Source: Pristiophorus japonicus | Lineage: Eukaryota | DNA length: 64,000 nt | Direction of reading: 5' to 3' | Assembly: GCF_044704955.1 (NCBI RefSeq) | Contig: NC_091999.1 | Coordinates: forward strand, 66,030,001 to 66,094,000 | Shown: positions 1 to 11,699 of the stretch, piece after piece | Layout of the letters: the number at the start of each line of letters is the position of its first letter | How positions within the stretch are numbered: position 1 is the stretch's first letter | Made by a program: the position numbers and the translations under genes | Notes under the pieces: generated by a model | What the model saw: the letters and a program-made list of their open reading frames with translations, nothing else | Databases searched by the model: none | Told to the model about the DNA's origin: nothing

Positions 1-5
1 CCCAG

Positions 6-293
6 AAATGGACTGGGATTGAGGGACAGGACTGAAGGTTGACAATTCACTGCACTTCGCACTACTTAGTGGCATTCTGTGTGTTAAATGTTACTAATTC
101 ACACTTGTGTTGCCCTGTGCCAATTGCTCACAGTTTTTAATGTTTAGGATTGTTTTTGATGCAGTATTTTCCATTCAGCTTTCACGTGACCCACGGATTT
201 TGTCAGACTGAGCCTGCAACCGTGACCTCACAACACTGCCGGTTGGGCAGCCGCTGGGTCCTAATGTCCACTGTGTTTAACAGCTCTCATTTG
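6..293 (+). pseudogene. Inverted partial copy (copy 0) of the array gene: exon A (6-37) and exon B (~211-293)
   Basis: 1-330 is the reverse complement of the block at ~20920-21240 (also 31920-32245, 50855-51175). The exon A donor is degraded (gaag|gttgac). Similarity stops at a CR1 tail at ~333. Confidence 0.75.
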
Positions 294-332
294 GTTGAGA
301 GGAACACAAAAAGCACACACAAAATGTTGGTT

Positions 333-1655
333 TATAAGAACATAAGAACTAGGAACAGGAGTGGGCCATCCGGCCTTTCGAGCCTGCTCCGCCATTTAAT
401 CAGCTGATGGCTGATCTGATATTGGTCCCAACTCCACGTTCCTGCCTGTTCCCCACAACCCTTGACTCCGCTATAGTTCAAGAATCTGTCTATCTCAGCC
501 TTGAATATGTTCAATGATGCAGCTTCTAAAGCTTTCTGTGGTAGACAATTCCAAAGATTCACGACTCTCTGATAGAATAAATTCCTCCTCATCTTCGTCT
601 TAAATGGGTGACCCTTTATTCTGAAACTATGCCCCCTAGTTCGTGATTATCCAACGAGGGGAAATATCGTATCAGCATCTACTCTGTCAAGCCTCCTCAG
701 AATCGTATGTGCACGATTAAGATCACCTCATATTCTTCGAGATACCAAAGAGTACAGGCCCAACCTGGTCAAACTTTCCTCATAAGGCAATACTTTCATT
801 TCAGTAATTAACCTCTTGAACTTTCTCTGAACTGCCTCCAAAGCAAGTATATATTTTCTTAAATAAGGAGACCAAAACTGTATGCAGTACTCCAGGTGTG
901 GTCTCACCAACACTCTGTACAGTTGTAGCAGGACTTCACTACTTTTATACTCCATCCCCCTTGCAATAAAGGTCAACATTCCATTTGTCTTCCTGATTAC
1001 TTGCTGTACCTGCATGCTAACTTTTTGTGTTTCATGTACAAGGACCCCAATATCCCTCTGTCACGCAGCATTCTGTCGTCTCTCTCCATTTCAATAATTC
1101 TTTGCTTTTCTATTCTTTCTACCTAAGTGGATAACCTCACATTTTTCCACATTATGCTCCAGGTGGCAATTTTTGGCCACTCACTTATTCCCTTTGCAGT
1201 CTCCTTGTGTCCTCTTCACAACTTGCAGTCCCATCCATCTTTGTATTATCAGTAAATTTGGCAACATTTCACTCGGCCCATTCATCCAAGTCATTAATAC
1301 AGATTGTGAATATTTGCGGTTCCAGCATTGATCCCTGTTGCACCCCATTATTTACAGTTTGCCAACGTGAAAATGACCCATTTATCCCGACCCTGTTTTC
1401 TGTTAGTTAGTAAATCCTCCATCATATTACCTCCAACACCATGACCTCTTATCTTGCGTAGAAACCTTTATGTGAGACCTTATCGAATGCCTTTTGGAAA
1501 TCAAAATAAACTACATCTATCAGTTCTCATTAATCCACTCTGCTCGTGACATCCTCAAAGAACGCTAATAAAATTGTCAAATAGGATTTCCCTTTCATAA
1601 AACCATGGTTATGCTGCTTGATTGTATTATGATTTTCTAAATGTCCTGCTACGAC
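333..1655 (-). mobile_element. CR1-type LINE, degraded RT C-terminal half and 3' UTR
   Basis: ORF pieces LYRVLVRPHLEYCIQFWSP and FYQRVVNLWN. (TTCTTATG)n-type tail at ~333-350. Confidence 0.9.
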
Positions 1656-1659
1656 TTAT

Positions 1660-1835
1660 ATATTTAAGATTGAGAGAGACAGATTTTTGAATGATAAGAA
1701 TGTGAAGGGTTATGGGGAGCAGGCAGGGAACTGGAGCTGAGCCCACGATCAAATCAGCTATGATCTTATTAAAGTGTGGAGCAGGCTCGAGGGGCCTAAC
1801 AGACTGCTACTGCTTATTTTTCTTATGGTCTTATA
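1660..1835 (+). mobile_element. CR1 LINE 3' UTR fragment
   Basis: gatttttgaatgataag...ggagcaggctcgaggggcc...ttcttatgg, tail to tail with the next element. Confidence 0.8.
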
Positions 1836-3790
1836 AGAACGTATGAATAGGAGCAGGAGCAGGCCATATGTCCCCTGAAGCATGCTCCACCATTCAATAC
1901 GATCATGGCTGAACCGATCATGGACTGAGGTCCAACTCCCTGCCCGTTCCCCATAACCCCTCATGCCCTTATCTTTTAAGAAACTGTCTATTTCTGTCTT
2001 AAATTTATTCATTATCCCAGCTTCCACAGCTCTCTGAGTCAGCTACTTCCACAGATCCACAAGCCTCTAAGAGAAGAAATTCCTCCTCATCTCAGTTTTA
2101 CATAGGCGGCCGCTTATTCTTTGATTTTGCCCTCTATTTCTAGTCTCCCCTATCAGTGGAAACATGCTCTCTGCATGCACCTTTTCAAGCTTCCTCAAAA
2201 GCTTATTCGGTTCGATAAGATCACCTCTCATTCTTCTGAATTCGAATGAGTAGAGGCCCAACGCACTCAACATTTCCTCATAAGACAACACTCTCATCAC
2301 CGAAGTCAACCTAGTGAACCTCTCTGAACTGCCACCAAAGCAAGTGTGTCCTTTCGTAAAAATGTTAACCAAAACTGCACGCAGTATTCCAGGTGTGGCC
2401 TCACCAATATCCTGTACAACTGTAGCAAGACTTCCCTGCTTTTATACTCCATTACCATTGCGATAAACACGAAGATTCCATTGGCATCGATGATAGCTTG
2501 CTGTGCCTGCGAACTAACCCTTTATGTTTCTTGCACACCAGGTCCTGCTGTACTGCAGCATTTTGCAATTTTTCTCCATTTAAATCATAACTCGCTCTTT
2601 GATATTTTTCTGCCAAAGTGCATAACCTCACACTTCGCAACATTATACTCCATCTGCCAAATTTCTGCCCACTCACTAAGCCTGTCTATGTTCTTTTGCA
2701 CATTTTTTTATGTCCTCCTCACACATTGCTTTTCCTCCCATCTTTGTATCATCAGCAAATTTGGCTACATTACACTTGGTCCTTTCTTCCAAGTCGTTAA
2801 TATAGATTGTATTTTAGTTGGGTCCAAACACTGATCCCTGCGGCAATCACTAGTTACTGTTTTCCAACCCGAGAATGCACCATTTATCCCGACTCTCTGT
2901 TTACTGTTTGTTAGCTAATCCTCTATCCATGCTAATATATTACCCTCAACCACGGAACTTTTATCTTGTGCAAGTAAACTATGTCCATGCCGGTTGACAA
3001 AGAGCAATCCAACATAATCCCACTTTTGAGATCACCGTCTGTTGCCTTGTAGGTTACTATACTTCAAGTGCACATCGAAATACATTTAAAAAGTGGTGAG
3101 TGTTTCTGCCTCGACCATCCTTTTCATGCAATGAGTTCCATAGCCCTACCACCCTCTGCGTGCAAAGATTTCCCCTCAAATCCCTTTTAAACCTCCTACC
3201 AATTTTTTTACACCTCTGCCTCCTGGTTGTTGACCCCTCTGGTAAAGCAAATAGGTCCTTTCACACTCCTCTTCGCTTATTACAATTTCTGCATCGCCCC
3301 TCTCTTTTGTGAAAACAGATGCAAAATGTGCATTAAGAACTTCTTCTGCCTCCGCACACAGAGCACATTTACGGTTATCTAATAGGCCCCACTCTTTCGT
3401 TAGTTATCCTCTTGCTCCTAATGTATTTATAAAACATATTTGATTTTCCTTGAATCTTCTTGCTCTCTCTTTGCTTTACTAATTTCCTTTTTAAATTAAT
3501 CCCTACACTTTCTATACCCCTCTAGGGATTCTGCAGCATTGATCCCTCCGTATCTGCCATAAGCCTCCCGTTTTTTTCGTTGTCCTACCCTGTATGTCAC
3601 TTGACATCCTGCGGGCTCGAGATTTGTTAGTCGCAAGCATTTCCTTTGAGGGAAGATATTTAGTCCGAACCCTCCGGATCTCCTCCTTGAATGCTCTGAC
3701 ACGGATTTACCTTCAAGTAGCTGTTTCCAGTCCACCTTGGCTAAATCACATTTAGTTTAATAAAATTGACTTTCGCCAGTTGAGAACATT
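1836..3790 (-). mobile_element. CR1 LINE fragments (two or more elements)
   Basis: RFTRL..MR.LSYEE.L..LGLYSFEFRRMRGDLIE. DWKQLLEGKSVSE is the linker region. Confidence 0.85.
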
Positions 3791-3792
3791 TA

Positions 3793-3905
3793 TAAAAGCA
3801 AAATACCGCGGATGCTGGAATCTGAAATAAAAAGAGAAAATGCTAGCAATCTAAGCTGGTCAGGCAGCATCTGTGGAGCAAAACATTGTTAATATTTCAG
3901 GTCAA
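3793..3905 (+). mobile_element. Short shark repeat resembling the terminal repeat of Penelope-like elements
   Basis: gatgctggaatctgaaataaaa...ggtcaggcagcatctgtggag; a second copy is at 11295-11395. Family assignment is from recall, not a search. Confidence 0.5.
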
Positions 3906-4375
3906 CACCCCACGGAAGGATATTGGTCCCGGCTCTCTCAAGCTGAAACCCGTCCGGCTTGTACAGGTTCCACCTCCCCAGAAAAGGTCCCAATACCTCA
4001 GCAATCTAAAGCCCTCCCTCCTGCACCATCGCTTCAACGAGGTATTCATCTGCTCTATCCTAGTTCTGTATTCACTTGCACGTGGCTCCGACAGTAATCG
4101 TTGTGGTCCTGTTTTTAATATCTCTCCCAGCTTCCTAAAGTCTGCCTGCAGGAACACATCCCTTTCTCTACCTATGTCATTAGTATCGATAAGGCCCACG
4201 ACCTCTGGCTGTTTACCCTTTCCCTCCAGAATGTCTTGCAGCCGCTGGATGACATCCTTGACCCAAGCACGAGGGAGGCAACATACCATCCTGGAGTCAT
4301 GTTTGTGGCTGCAGAAACGCATATTTGCTCTCCTAACTTCGAATCCCCTACCATTATAGAGCTTCCACTCTCCTT
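3905..4375 (-). mobile_element. CR1 LINE ORF1 fragment (SGNH esterase-like domain)
   Basis: MVGDS (frameshifted) ... RMVCCLPRAWVKDV ... QPEVVGLIDTNDIG, the GDS/CLPGA/GTND blocks of CR1 ORF1 esterase. Confidence 0.8.
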
Positions 4376-4407
4376 CCTCCACTCCCCACCGCCTTCCCCC
4401 ATCCCCA

Positions 4408-4535
4408 GTGCAGCAGTGCCACTTATTTTCCTCGATTGGAAAAAGGATGAAACACTTGCTAATCTGCGCAGAAATTGACTGCTACCCTCACGATTTTATA
4501 TCCAACATCTTCCACCAGTTTCTGGCAATGGTCTG
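4408..4535 (-). pseudogene. Island K with PKD-domain-like motif
   Basis: Reads DHCQKLVEDVGYKIVRVAVNFCAD*QVFHPFSNRGK*VAL. This resembles the PKD consensus (W/V)DFGDG...H-x-Y-x-x-x-G-x-Y-x-V if TAA derives from Tyr. Confidence 0.35.
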
Positions 4536-5338
4536 GTGCAGTAATAATTGAGGCAGGGCAGATTGGAAAACTAGAAACAACTAGTATTATGATTATAATA
4601 ATAGAACGTGCACCAGAACTGGAATAACAGGGGCGGGTTATTTTCCAATCATAGCAGAGGCTGGGTCTCGTGTAATAATTCCATAACAGGGTCTCATACA
4701 CTAAGAGTGGAGGCAGTGTCAAGAGTAATAACAGCAAAAGCATGGCCCACCTTGTGAGTAAGAAAGACAGTGTGTGATCCAATAATAATAGAGGCAGACT
4801 CTAATGTAATGCTGAACACAATGCTGGATCTAGCGTGATGATCACACAGGCTGTGTCTAGTGCAACGAAACAAATATAGGATAACATATATCAGTGTGCG
4901 CACATCAGGGCCGAGTGTTATAATTCAGGAGAGAAGTTGGGAAACACGTCTTCACACCAGGGGTGGTAGAAGTGTGGAACTCTCTCTCATAACCAGCAGT
5001 AGAAGCTGGGTCAATTCAGCATTTTAAATCTGAGATAGATAAACTATTACTAACTAAAGGTATGAAGGGATATGGGGACAAAAGGATAGATGGAATGATG
5101 ATGCAGATCAGCCATTATCTCTTCAATTAAAAGGTTAGTATGCAGGTACAGCAAGTGATCAGGCAGGCCAATGGAATCTTTGTCTTTATTGCAAATGTGA
5201 TGGATTAAAAAGCAGGGAAAATTTGCTACGGCTGATGAGGCCAAACGTAGAATACTGCGTACAGTTTTGGTTTCCATATTTATAAAATGATATACTTGCT
5301 TTTGAAGAAGTTTAGATAAGGTTCACAAGGTTGATTCC

Positions 5339-5551
5339 GCTATAGATACAGGATTGAGGGCCAGAACATTCTCCTCGTGTTCCTATGTTCTTGTGTAATA
5401 GATGCATGCAGTGAAGTGTTACGAGAGCAGAAATGGGATCCGGCTTAAGAATAACATCGGGAAGAGATAACAACAGAAGCAAGGTCTGGTGTAAAAATAA
5501 AGGGGTGGAAGAGGACTGAAAGCTGAAAGTTGCCGTGTGCCCCTTTGAGGC
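5339..5551 (-). pseudogene. Duplicate of possible exon J
   Basis: Phase-2 frame is open across the island: PQRGHTATFSFQSSSTPLFLHQTLLLLLSLPDVILKPDPISALV...SCIYS. The island is bounded by CR1 fragments. Confidence 0.35.
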
Positions 5552-5645
5552 CTTGAGAAAGGTCGCGGACCCTTTATATTAAATGGCGGAGCCGGCTCGA
5601 GGGGCCGTATGGCCTACTCCTGCTCCTATTTCTTATGTTCTTATG

Positions 5646-6670
5646 TAGTCTCTCTCCATTTAACAATATTTTCCTTTTCTATTCTTCCTACCTAAGTTGG
5701 TAACATCACATTTTCCCATATTATACGCCAGCTGCCAATTTTTTTGTCCACTCACTGAGCTTGTCTATATCCCTTTGCAGACTCGTTGTGTCCTCTTCAC
5801 AGCTTGCATTCCCACCCATCTTTGTATAATCAGCAAATTTGGCAACATTACATTGTCATTTAATCCAAGTCATTAATATAGATTGTAAATAGTTGCGGCC
5901 CCAGCATTGATCCCTGTGGGACCTCACTAATTACAGTTGTCAACCTGACAATGACCATTTTATCCCAACCCTGTTTTCTGTTAGTGAGCAAATCCTCCAT
6001 CCTTATTACCCCCAAAACCATGACTTCTTATCTTGCACAGTAACATTTATATGGCACCTTATCGAATGCCTTTTGGAAATCCAAATACACTCCATCTACC
6101 ACTTCCCCTTCATCCACCTTGCCAGTTATATCTCAAATAACTCTAATAAATTTATCAAACACGATTTCCATTTCATAAAACCATGCTTATGCTGCTTGTT
6201 TGCAATTATGATTTTCTAAATACCCTGCTACGACTTAAAAGTTGGAGTTAGATTGATTTTTGAATGATAAATGTGTGAAGCGTTATGGGGAGCGGGCAGG
6301 GAAATGGAGCTGAGCTAGCAGCAGACCAGCCATGATCTTATTAAATGGCGGAGCCGGCTCAAGGGGCCAAATAGACTGCTCCTGCTTCTATTTCTTATGT
6401 TCTTACGGTTCCTCGAGCCTTCTCCGCCATTCAATAAGATCATGGCTGATCTGATCATGGACTGAGGTCTACTTACCTGTCCGCTCCCCATAACACTTTA
6501 TTCCTTTATCGTTTAAGAAACTGTGTGTTTCTGTCTGAAATTTATTCAATGCCCTGTCTTCCACAGCTCTCTGAGGCAGCGAATTCCACAGATTTACAGC
6601 CATCTGAGGGAAGAAATTCCTCCTCATCTCAGTTTTAAGTGGGCTGCCCCTTATTCTAAGATGTTTCCCT
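5646..6670 (-). mobile_element. CR1 mosaic (minus 5646-6237, plus 6238-6405, minus 6406-6670); duplicate of ~1080-2125
   Basis: Same orientation switches and the same junction cctgctacgactta as at ~1645. Confidence 0.8.
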
Positions 6671-6679
6671 TTAGTGCTT

Positions 6680-9330
6680 GTTTGGCGGTAAAAAATCAAA
6701 GATCAAGATATTATTTAAATGAAGAAAAATTGCAAAGCGCAGTACAGCGGGACCTGGGGCATTTGTGCAAGAAACACAGAATATTAGTATGCAGGTAGAG
6801 CAAGTGATCAAGAAGGCAATCGAACCTTGGACTTTGTCGCAAAGGGAATAGAGTATAAAAGCAGGGAAGTCTTGCTGCAGTTGTACAGGTTATTGGTGAG
6901 GCCACTCCTGGAATACTGTGTGCAGTTTTGGTTTCCATATTTACGACTGGATGAACTTGCTTTGGAGGCAGTTCAGAGAAGGTTAACAAGCTTGATTCCG
7001 GAGATGAGGGGTTGATTATCAGGAAAGGTTGAGTAGATTGGGCCTCTACTCATTGGAGTTCAGAAGAATGAGAGGTGATCTTATCGAAACGTATAAGATT
7101 ATGGGGGGCTTGACATAGTGGATGCAGAGAGGATGTTTCCACTAATAGGGGAGACTAGAATTAGAACTAGGGGTTTTCAGTCGGAACTGAAAACTGAGTG
7201 CAAAAGCTTCTATCGATAGATGAAGAGAAAAAAATTAGTTAAGACAAACGTAGATCCCTTGCAGTCAGATTCAGGTGAATTTATAATGGGGAAAAAGAAA
7301 TGGCAGACCAGTTGAACAAATGCTTTGGTTCTGTCTTCAAGAAGGAAGATACAAATAACTTTCATGAAATACTGGGGGAACGAGGGTCGAGTGAGAAGGT
7401 TATTAAGCGGGAAATTGTGTTGGGGAAATTGATGGTATTGAAGGCCGATAATTCCCCGGGGTCTGATAGTCTGCATCCTGGAATACTTAAGGAAGTGGCC
7501 CTCGAAATAGTGGGTGCATCGGTGATCATTTTCCAACAGTCTATCGACTTTGGATCAATTCATATGGACTGGAGGGTAGCTAATGTAATAACACTTTTTA
7601 ACAAAGGAGGGGAGAGAAAATGGGTAATTATGGACCGGTTAGCATGACATCAGTAGTGGAGAAAATGTTGCAATGAATCATTAAAGATGAAATAGCAACG
7701 CATTTGGAAAGCATTGTCAGGATCGGTACAAGTCAGCATGGATTTAGGAAAGGGAAATCATGCTTGACAAATTTTTTAGAATTTTTTGAGGATGTAACAA
7801 TAGAGTAGACAAGGAAGAACCAGTGTATGTGGTGTATTTGGAATTTCAAAAGGTTTTTGACAAGGTCCCACACAAGCGATTGGGGCGCAAAATTAAAGTG
7901 CATGGTATTGGGTGTAATGTACTGACATGGATAGAGAACTGGTTAGCAGACAGGAAGCAGAGATTCGGAATAAATGGTCTTTTTCAGAATAGCAAGCAGT
8001 GACTAGTGGGGTGCTGCAGGGCTCAGTGGTGGGACCCCAACAATTTACAATATACATCAATGATTTAGATGAAGGAATTGAGTGTAATATCTCCAAGTTT
8101 GCAGATAAAACTAAGGTGGGTGGCGGTTTGAACTGTGAGGAGGATGCTAAAAGACGACAGGGTGACTTGGACAGGTTAGGTAAGTGAGCAAGTGCATGGC
8201 AGATGCAGTATAATGTGGATAAATGTGAGGTTATCCACTTTGGTGTCAAAACCACGAAGGCAGAATATCATCTGAATGGCGGGGCATTAGGAAAAGGGGA
8301 GTTGCAACGAGACCTGGGTGTCATGGTACGTCTGTCATTGAAAGTTTGCATTCACGTACAGCAGTTGGTGAAGAAGGTAAATGGTACGTTGGCCTTCATA
8401 GCTAGGGGGTTTGTGAATAGGAACAGGAAGGTCTTACCGCAGTTGTACAGCACCTTGGTGAGGCCTCACCTGGAATATTGTGTTCAGTTCTGTTCTCCTA
8501 TTCTGAGGAAGGACGTTTTTGCTATTGAAGGAGTGCAGCGAAGCTTCACCAGACTGATTCCAGGGTTGACAGGACGGAAATATGAGGAGAGACTGGGTCG
8601 ACTGAGCCTGTATTCACAGGAGTTTAGAAGGATGAGAGGGGATCTCATAGAAACACGTAAAATTCTGACGGGAATGCACAGGTTGGATGCAGGAAGAATG
8701 TTCCCGATGTTGGTGAAGTCCAGAACCAGGGGACAAAATTTACGGATAAGGGGTAAGCCATTTAGGACTGAGATGAGGAGAAGCTTCTTCACTCAGACAG
8801 TTGTTAATATGTGGAATTCTCGACCATAGAGAGTTGTTGATGCCAGTTCATTGCATATATTCAAGGGAAAGTTAGATATGTCCCTTACAGCTAAAGGGAT
8901 CAAGGGGTATGGAGAGAAAGCAGAAACGGGATACTGAGGAGAATGATCAGCCATGATCTTATTGAATGGTAGTGCAGGCTCAAAGGGCCGAAATGCCTAC
9001 TTCTGCACCTATTTTCTATGTTTCTATGTTTCTATAATATTATAATAAGTGGCCGCCCATTTAAAACTGAGATGAGGAGGAATTTTTTCTCTCAGAGGAT
9101 TGTAAATCTGTGGAGTTCGCTATCTCAGAGCGCTGTGGAAGCTGGGTCACTGTATACATTTAAGACCGGGATCGACAGTTTATTAACTGATAAGATAATA
9201 AGGGGTTACGGAGAGCGGGGAGGGAAGTGGAGCTGAGTCCCTGATCGGATCAGCGAAGATTATATTAAATGACGGAGCAGGCTTGAAGGGCCGCATGCCC
9301 TAATCCTGCTACGTTTTCTTACCTTCTAAT
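6680..9330 (+). mobile_element. CR1 LINE 3' portion split by a nested younger LINE
   Basis: Host runs 6680-~7170 (LYRLLVRPLLEYCVQFW...GETR) and resumes at ~9040 (ISGRPFKTEMRRNFFSQR). Confidence 0.8.
7175..9035 (+). mobile_element. Nested CR1 LINE, (TTTCTATG)n-tail subfamily, RT domain
   Basis: KADNSPGSDSLHP, GVLQGSVVGP, KFADKTK, RPHLEYCVQF. Tail tttctatgtttctatgtttcta. Confidence 0.9.
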
Positions 9331-9334
9331 GTAA

Positions 9335-9550
9335 TTGGCTATAGATACAGGATCGAGGGGCAGACCATCCTCCTCGTGTTCCTGTGGTCCTGTCTAATAG
9401 AGGCGGGGAGTGTGGTGTTACAAGAGAAGAAATGGGATCTGGTTTAAGAATAACATCGGGAAGAGATCACAACAGAAGAGAAGTCTGGTGTAAAAACAAA
9501 GGGTTGGAAGAGGACTGAAAGCTGAAAGTTGATGTGAGCCCCTTTAAGGC
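9335..9550 (-). pseudogene. Possible exon J (non-TE island duplicated at 5339-5551)
   Basis: Acceptor-like ttttctcaag|. Same sequence as 5339-5551 but with stops and a 1-bp indel. Confidence 0.35.
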
Positions 9551-9772
9551 CTTGAGAAAACCTGCGGACCCTTTGTATTAAATGGTGCAGCAGGCTCGAG
9601 GGGCCTTTTGACCTACAACTGCTCCTATTTCTTATGTTCTTATGTTCTTATTACAAGTGATCGATCTTGCGACAGGATTACTGCCCGGGCACGACAATGA
9701 AAATTATTCCCTGCGTTCTTTGTGTAACTGCAACAAAGGGAGGTTCTCGAGATAAAACAGTTGGTTCAGTAC

Positions 9773-9811
9773 CTTTCCAAAAGGGACAGAAACTCCACTG
9801 GGTGAATATAC
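9773..9811 (-). pseudogene. Possible 39-nt exon I
   Basis: aatcag|G TAT ATT CAC CCA GTG GAG TTT CTG TCC CTT TTG GAA AG|gtactg. Phase 2-2 and open (YIHPVEFLSLLE), so it fits between H and J. The acceptor is weak. Confidence 0.3.
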
Positions 9812-10263
9812 CTGATTATTTTGCCTACTATTTCCATGCTAAAGCAAGGAAATTATTGGTAAAGGTTTATAAATCACAGGTTCCACCCCAGCTGCAGTAG
9901 GCATCATACTTCTCTAGTCTAAACTTTAATCTATGAAGCCCAGAAAGACTGAGAAAGAGAAAAAGAGACTTAAAAAGAGGAGACAAGAGATGGTGGGAGA
10001 TAAAAGCTGAGATATAGAATCACAGAATGATTCAGCCCACCGTGCCGATTCCGGCTCTTTGAAAGAGCGATCCAATTAGTCCCCATCCCCTGCTCTTTCC
10101 CCATAGCCCTGTGATGTTCTTCCTTCATGTATCTGTCCATTACCCATTCGGGAGATATTATTGAATCTGCTTCCACCAGCCTTTCAGGCAGTGCGTTCCA
10201 TTTCACAGAAACTCGCTGCATAAAGAAAAACATCACCATATAAAATGACAGAGAGCGAGTGAC

Positions 10264-10521
10264 CATCTCCCGGCTTCAGAAAACTGAGGGAGCTCAGTGA
10301 CTGATCCACACACACCGACAGTCATTTCCAGAATAGAGACTCTGAACAACAGCCTCATTTGCAAATGTCACCGCAATGTGAGGCTCTGCACTATCTCCCT
10401 GGCCAGATATAGATCTCCTTATCAGATGTTTCCACCAGATTGCGGTCCCGGGGTTTATTTTCTACTCAGAAGTAAGATGTGCGGTTTGGTGCCGCAGCAG
10501 AGAAACAGGAAGTTGTGTTGC
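10264..10521 (-). pseudogene. Single-copy exon H (third WSC-like Cys motif), probable continuation of copy 1
   Basis: Strong branch point and acceptor (ctgacgctattttattctcag|). Its phase 1 start matches the end of exon G. Reads GNTTSCFSAAAPNRTSYF*...CRASHCGDICK* and, after a frameshift, SLYSGNDCRCVDQ. The donor is weak. Confidence 0.5.
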
Positions 10522-10584
10522 CTGAGAATAAAATAGCGTCAGTTCGATGTTATCACAATAAACAGGCTTCCGGTCTGTGAGGGC

Positions 10585-11000
10585 GGCCTCACACTTACAG
10601 CACCAAGACCCACACACAGAGGCTTCACCCTGACAGCACCGAGATCCACATAGACAGAGGCCTCACCCTGACAGCACCCAGATCCACACACAGAGGCCTC
10701 AACCTGACAGCACCAAGACCCACACACAGAGGCCTCGCCCTGACAGCCCAAGACCCACACACAGAGGCATCACCCTGACAGCAGCAGGACCCACACACAG
10801 AGGCCTCACCCTGACAGCACCAAGACCCACACACAGAGGCCGCACCCTGACAACAGCAAGACCCACGAATAGAAGCCTCACCCTGAGAGCACCAAGACCC
10901 AAGCACAGACGCCTCACCCTGACAGCACCCACACACAGAGACCTTACCCTGACAGCACCCACACACAGAGGCCTCACCCTAATAGCTCCAAGACCCACAA
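10585..11000. repeat. 36-bp minisatellite, ~11 copies (aggcctcaccctgacagcaccaagacccacacacag)
   Basis: Direct tandem units visible; overlapping ORFs show a 12-aa period (VRVRPLCVGLGA). Confidence 0.95.
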
Positions 11001-11294
11001 CACAGATTGCCCCTAGTCGCAACATTGCAATCACCTCCATTCTCATTTGAAAGATTAAAATCCAATAATTTATTTGGTGTTTAACACATTCACTAAAGCG
11101 GGAGATGGACTGAAGGTGATCACTGGGATAGAAAAGGGGTAAATAAAATTAATTTCCCTCAAACAATGTTCTTGGAAAGTAGAAGGCTTTAGATAAGTTA
11201 GGTGGTGTCTGAGAGATAGAGAGGGAGAGATAGGCTAGAGGTAGAGTGCGTTTGGTGTTGTCTGAGACAAAGGCCGCTACATCTTTTAAGGGAT

Positions 11295-11395
11295 AAAATA
11301 AAAACAGAAAAAAATTTAAATCTCAGCGGGTCAGGCAGCATCTGTAGAGAGCGAAACAGAGTTAACATTTCGCACAATGACAATTCGTCATAAAA
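11295..11395 (+). mobile_element. Second Penelope-like terminal repeat fragment
   Basis: aaaacagaaaa...ggtcaggcagcatctgtagagagcgaaacagagttaacatttcg. Confidence 0.5.
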
Positions 11396-11699
11396 TCTTT
11401 TAAGGAGATGGTGGAATAATTGTCTGAAGCAAGGATGATAACAAACTCTGCAGAGAGAGATGACCAGCGTAACTAGATTTGTGTTATTCCAGTGCAGATC
11501 AAGCATGGACGCAATGGGCTTCTTTCTGTGATACGAACTACTACGATTCTATGGTACATTATGAGGAAGGGAAGGGACTTATTCGGACTTCCTGATTAAC
11601 ACCATTCGCACACCACCATAAATAATTAATTTCCCTGACCGGTGATTAACTTGACTTGCGCTTTTGTTAATTAGCAAAATTTACAAACGATTCATTGTC

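Noticed and set aside
10500-10575. ETS-like sites (caggaagt, cttccgg) as a promoter
   Set aside because: These short motifs have no CpG island or supporting context, and they overlap or adjoin the exon H acceptor region.
11100-11122. gagatggactgaaggtga, like exon A collapsed between its two GGACTG repeats
   Set aside because: The match is too short and the flanks are not homologous, so it is probably chance.
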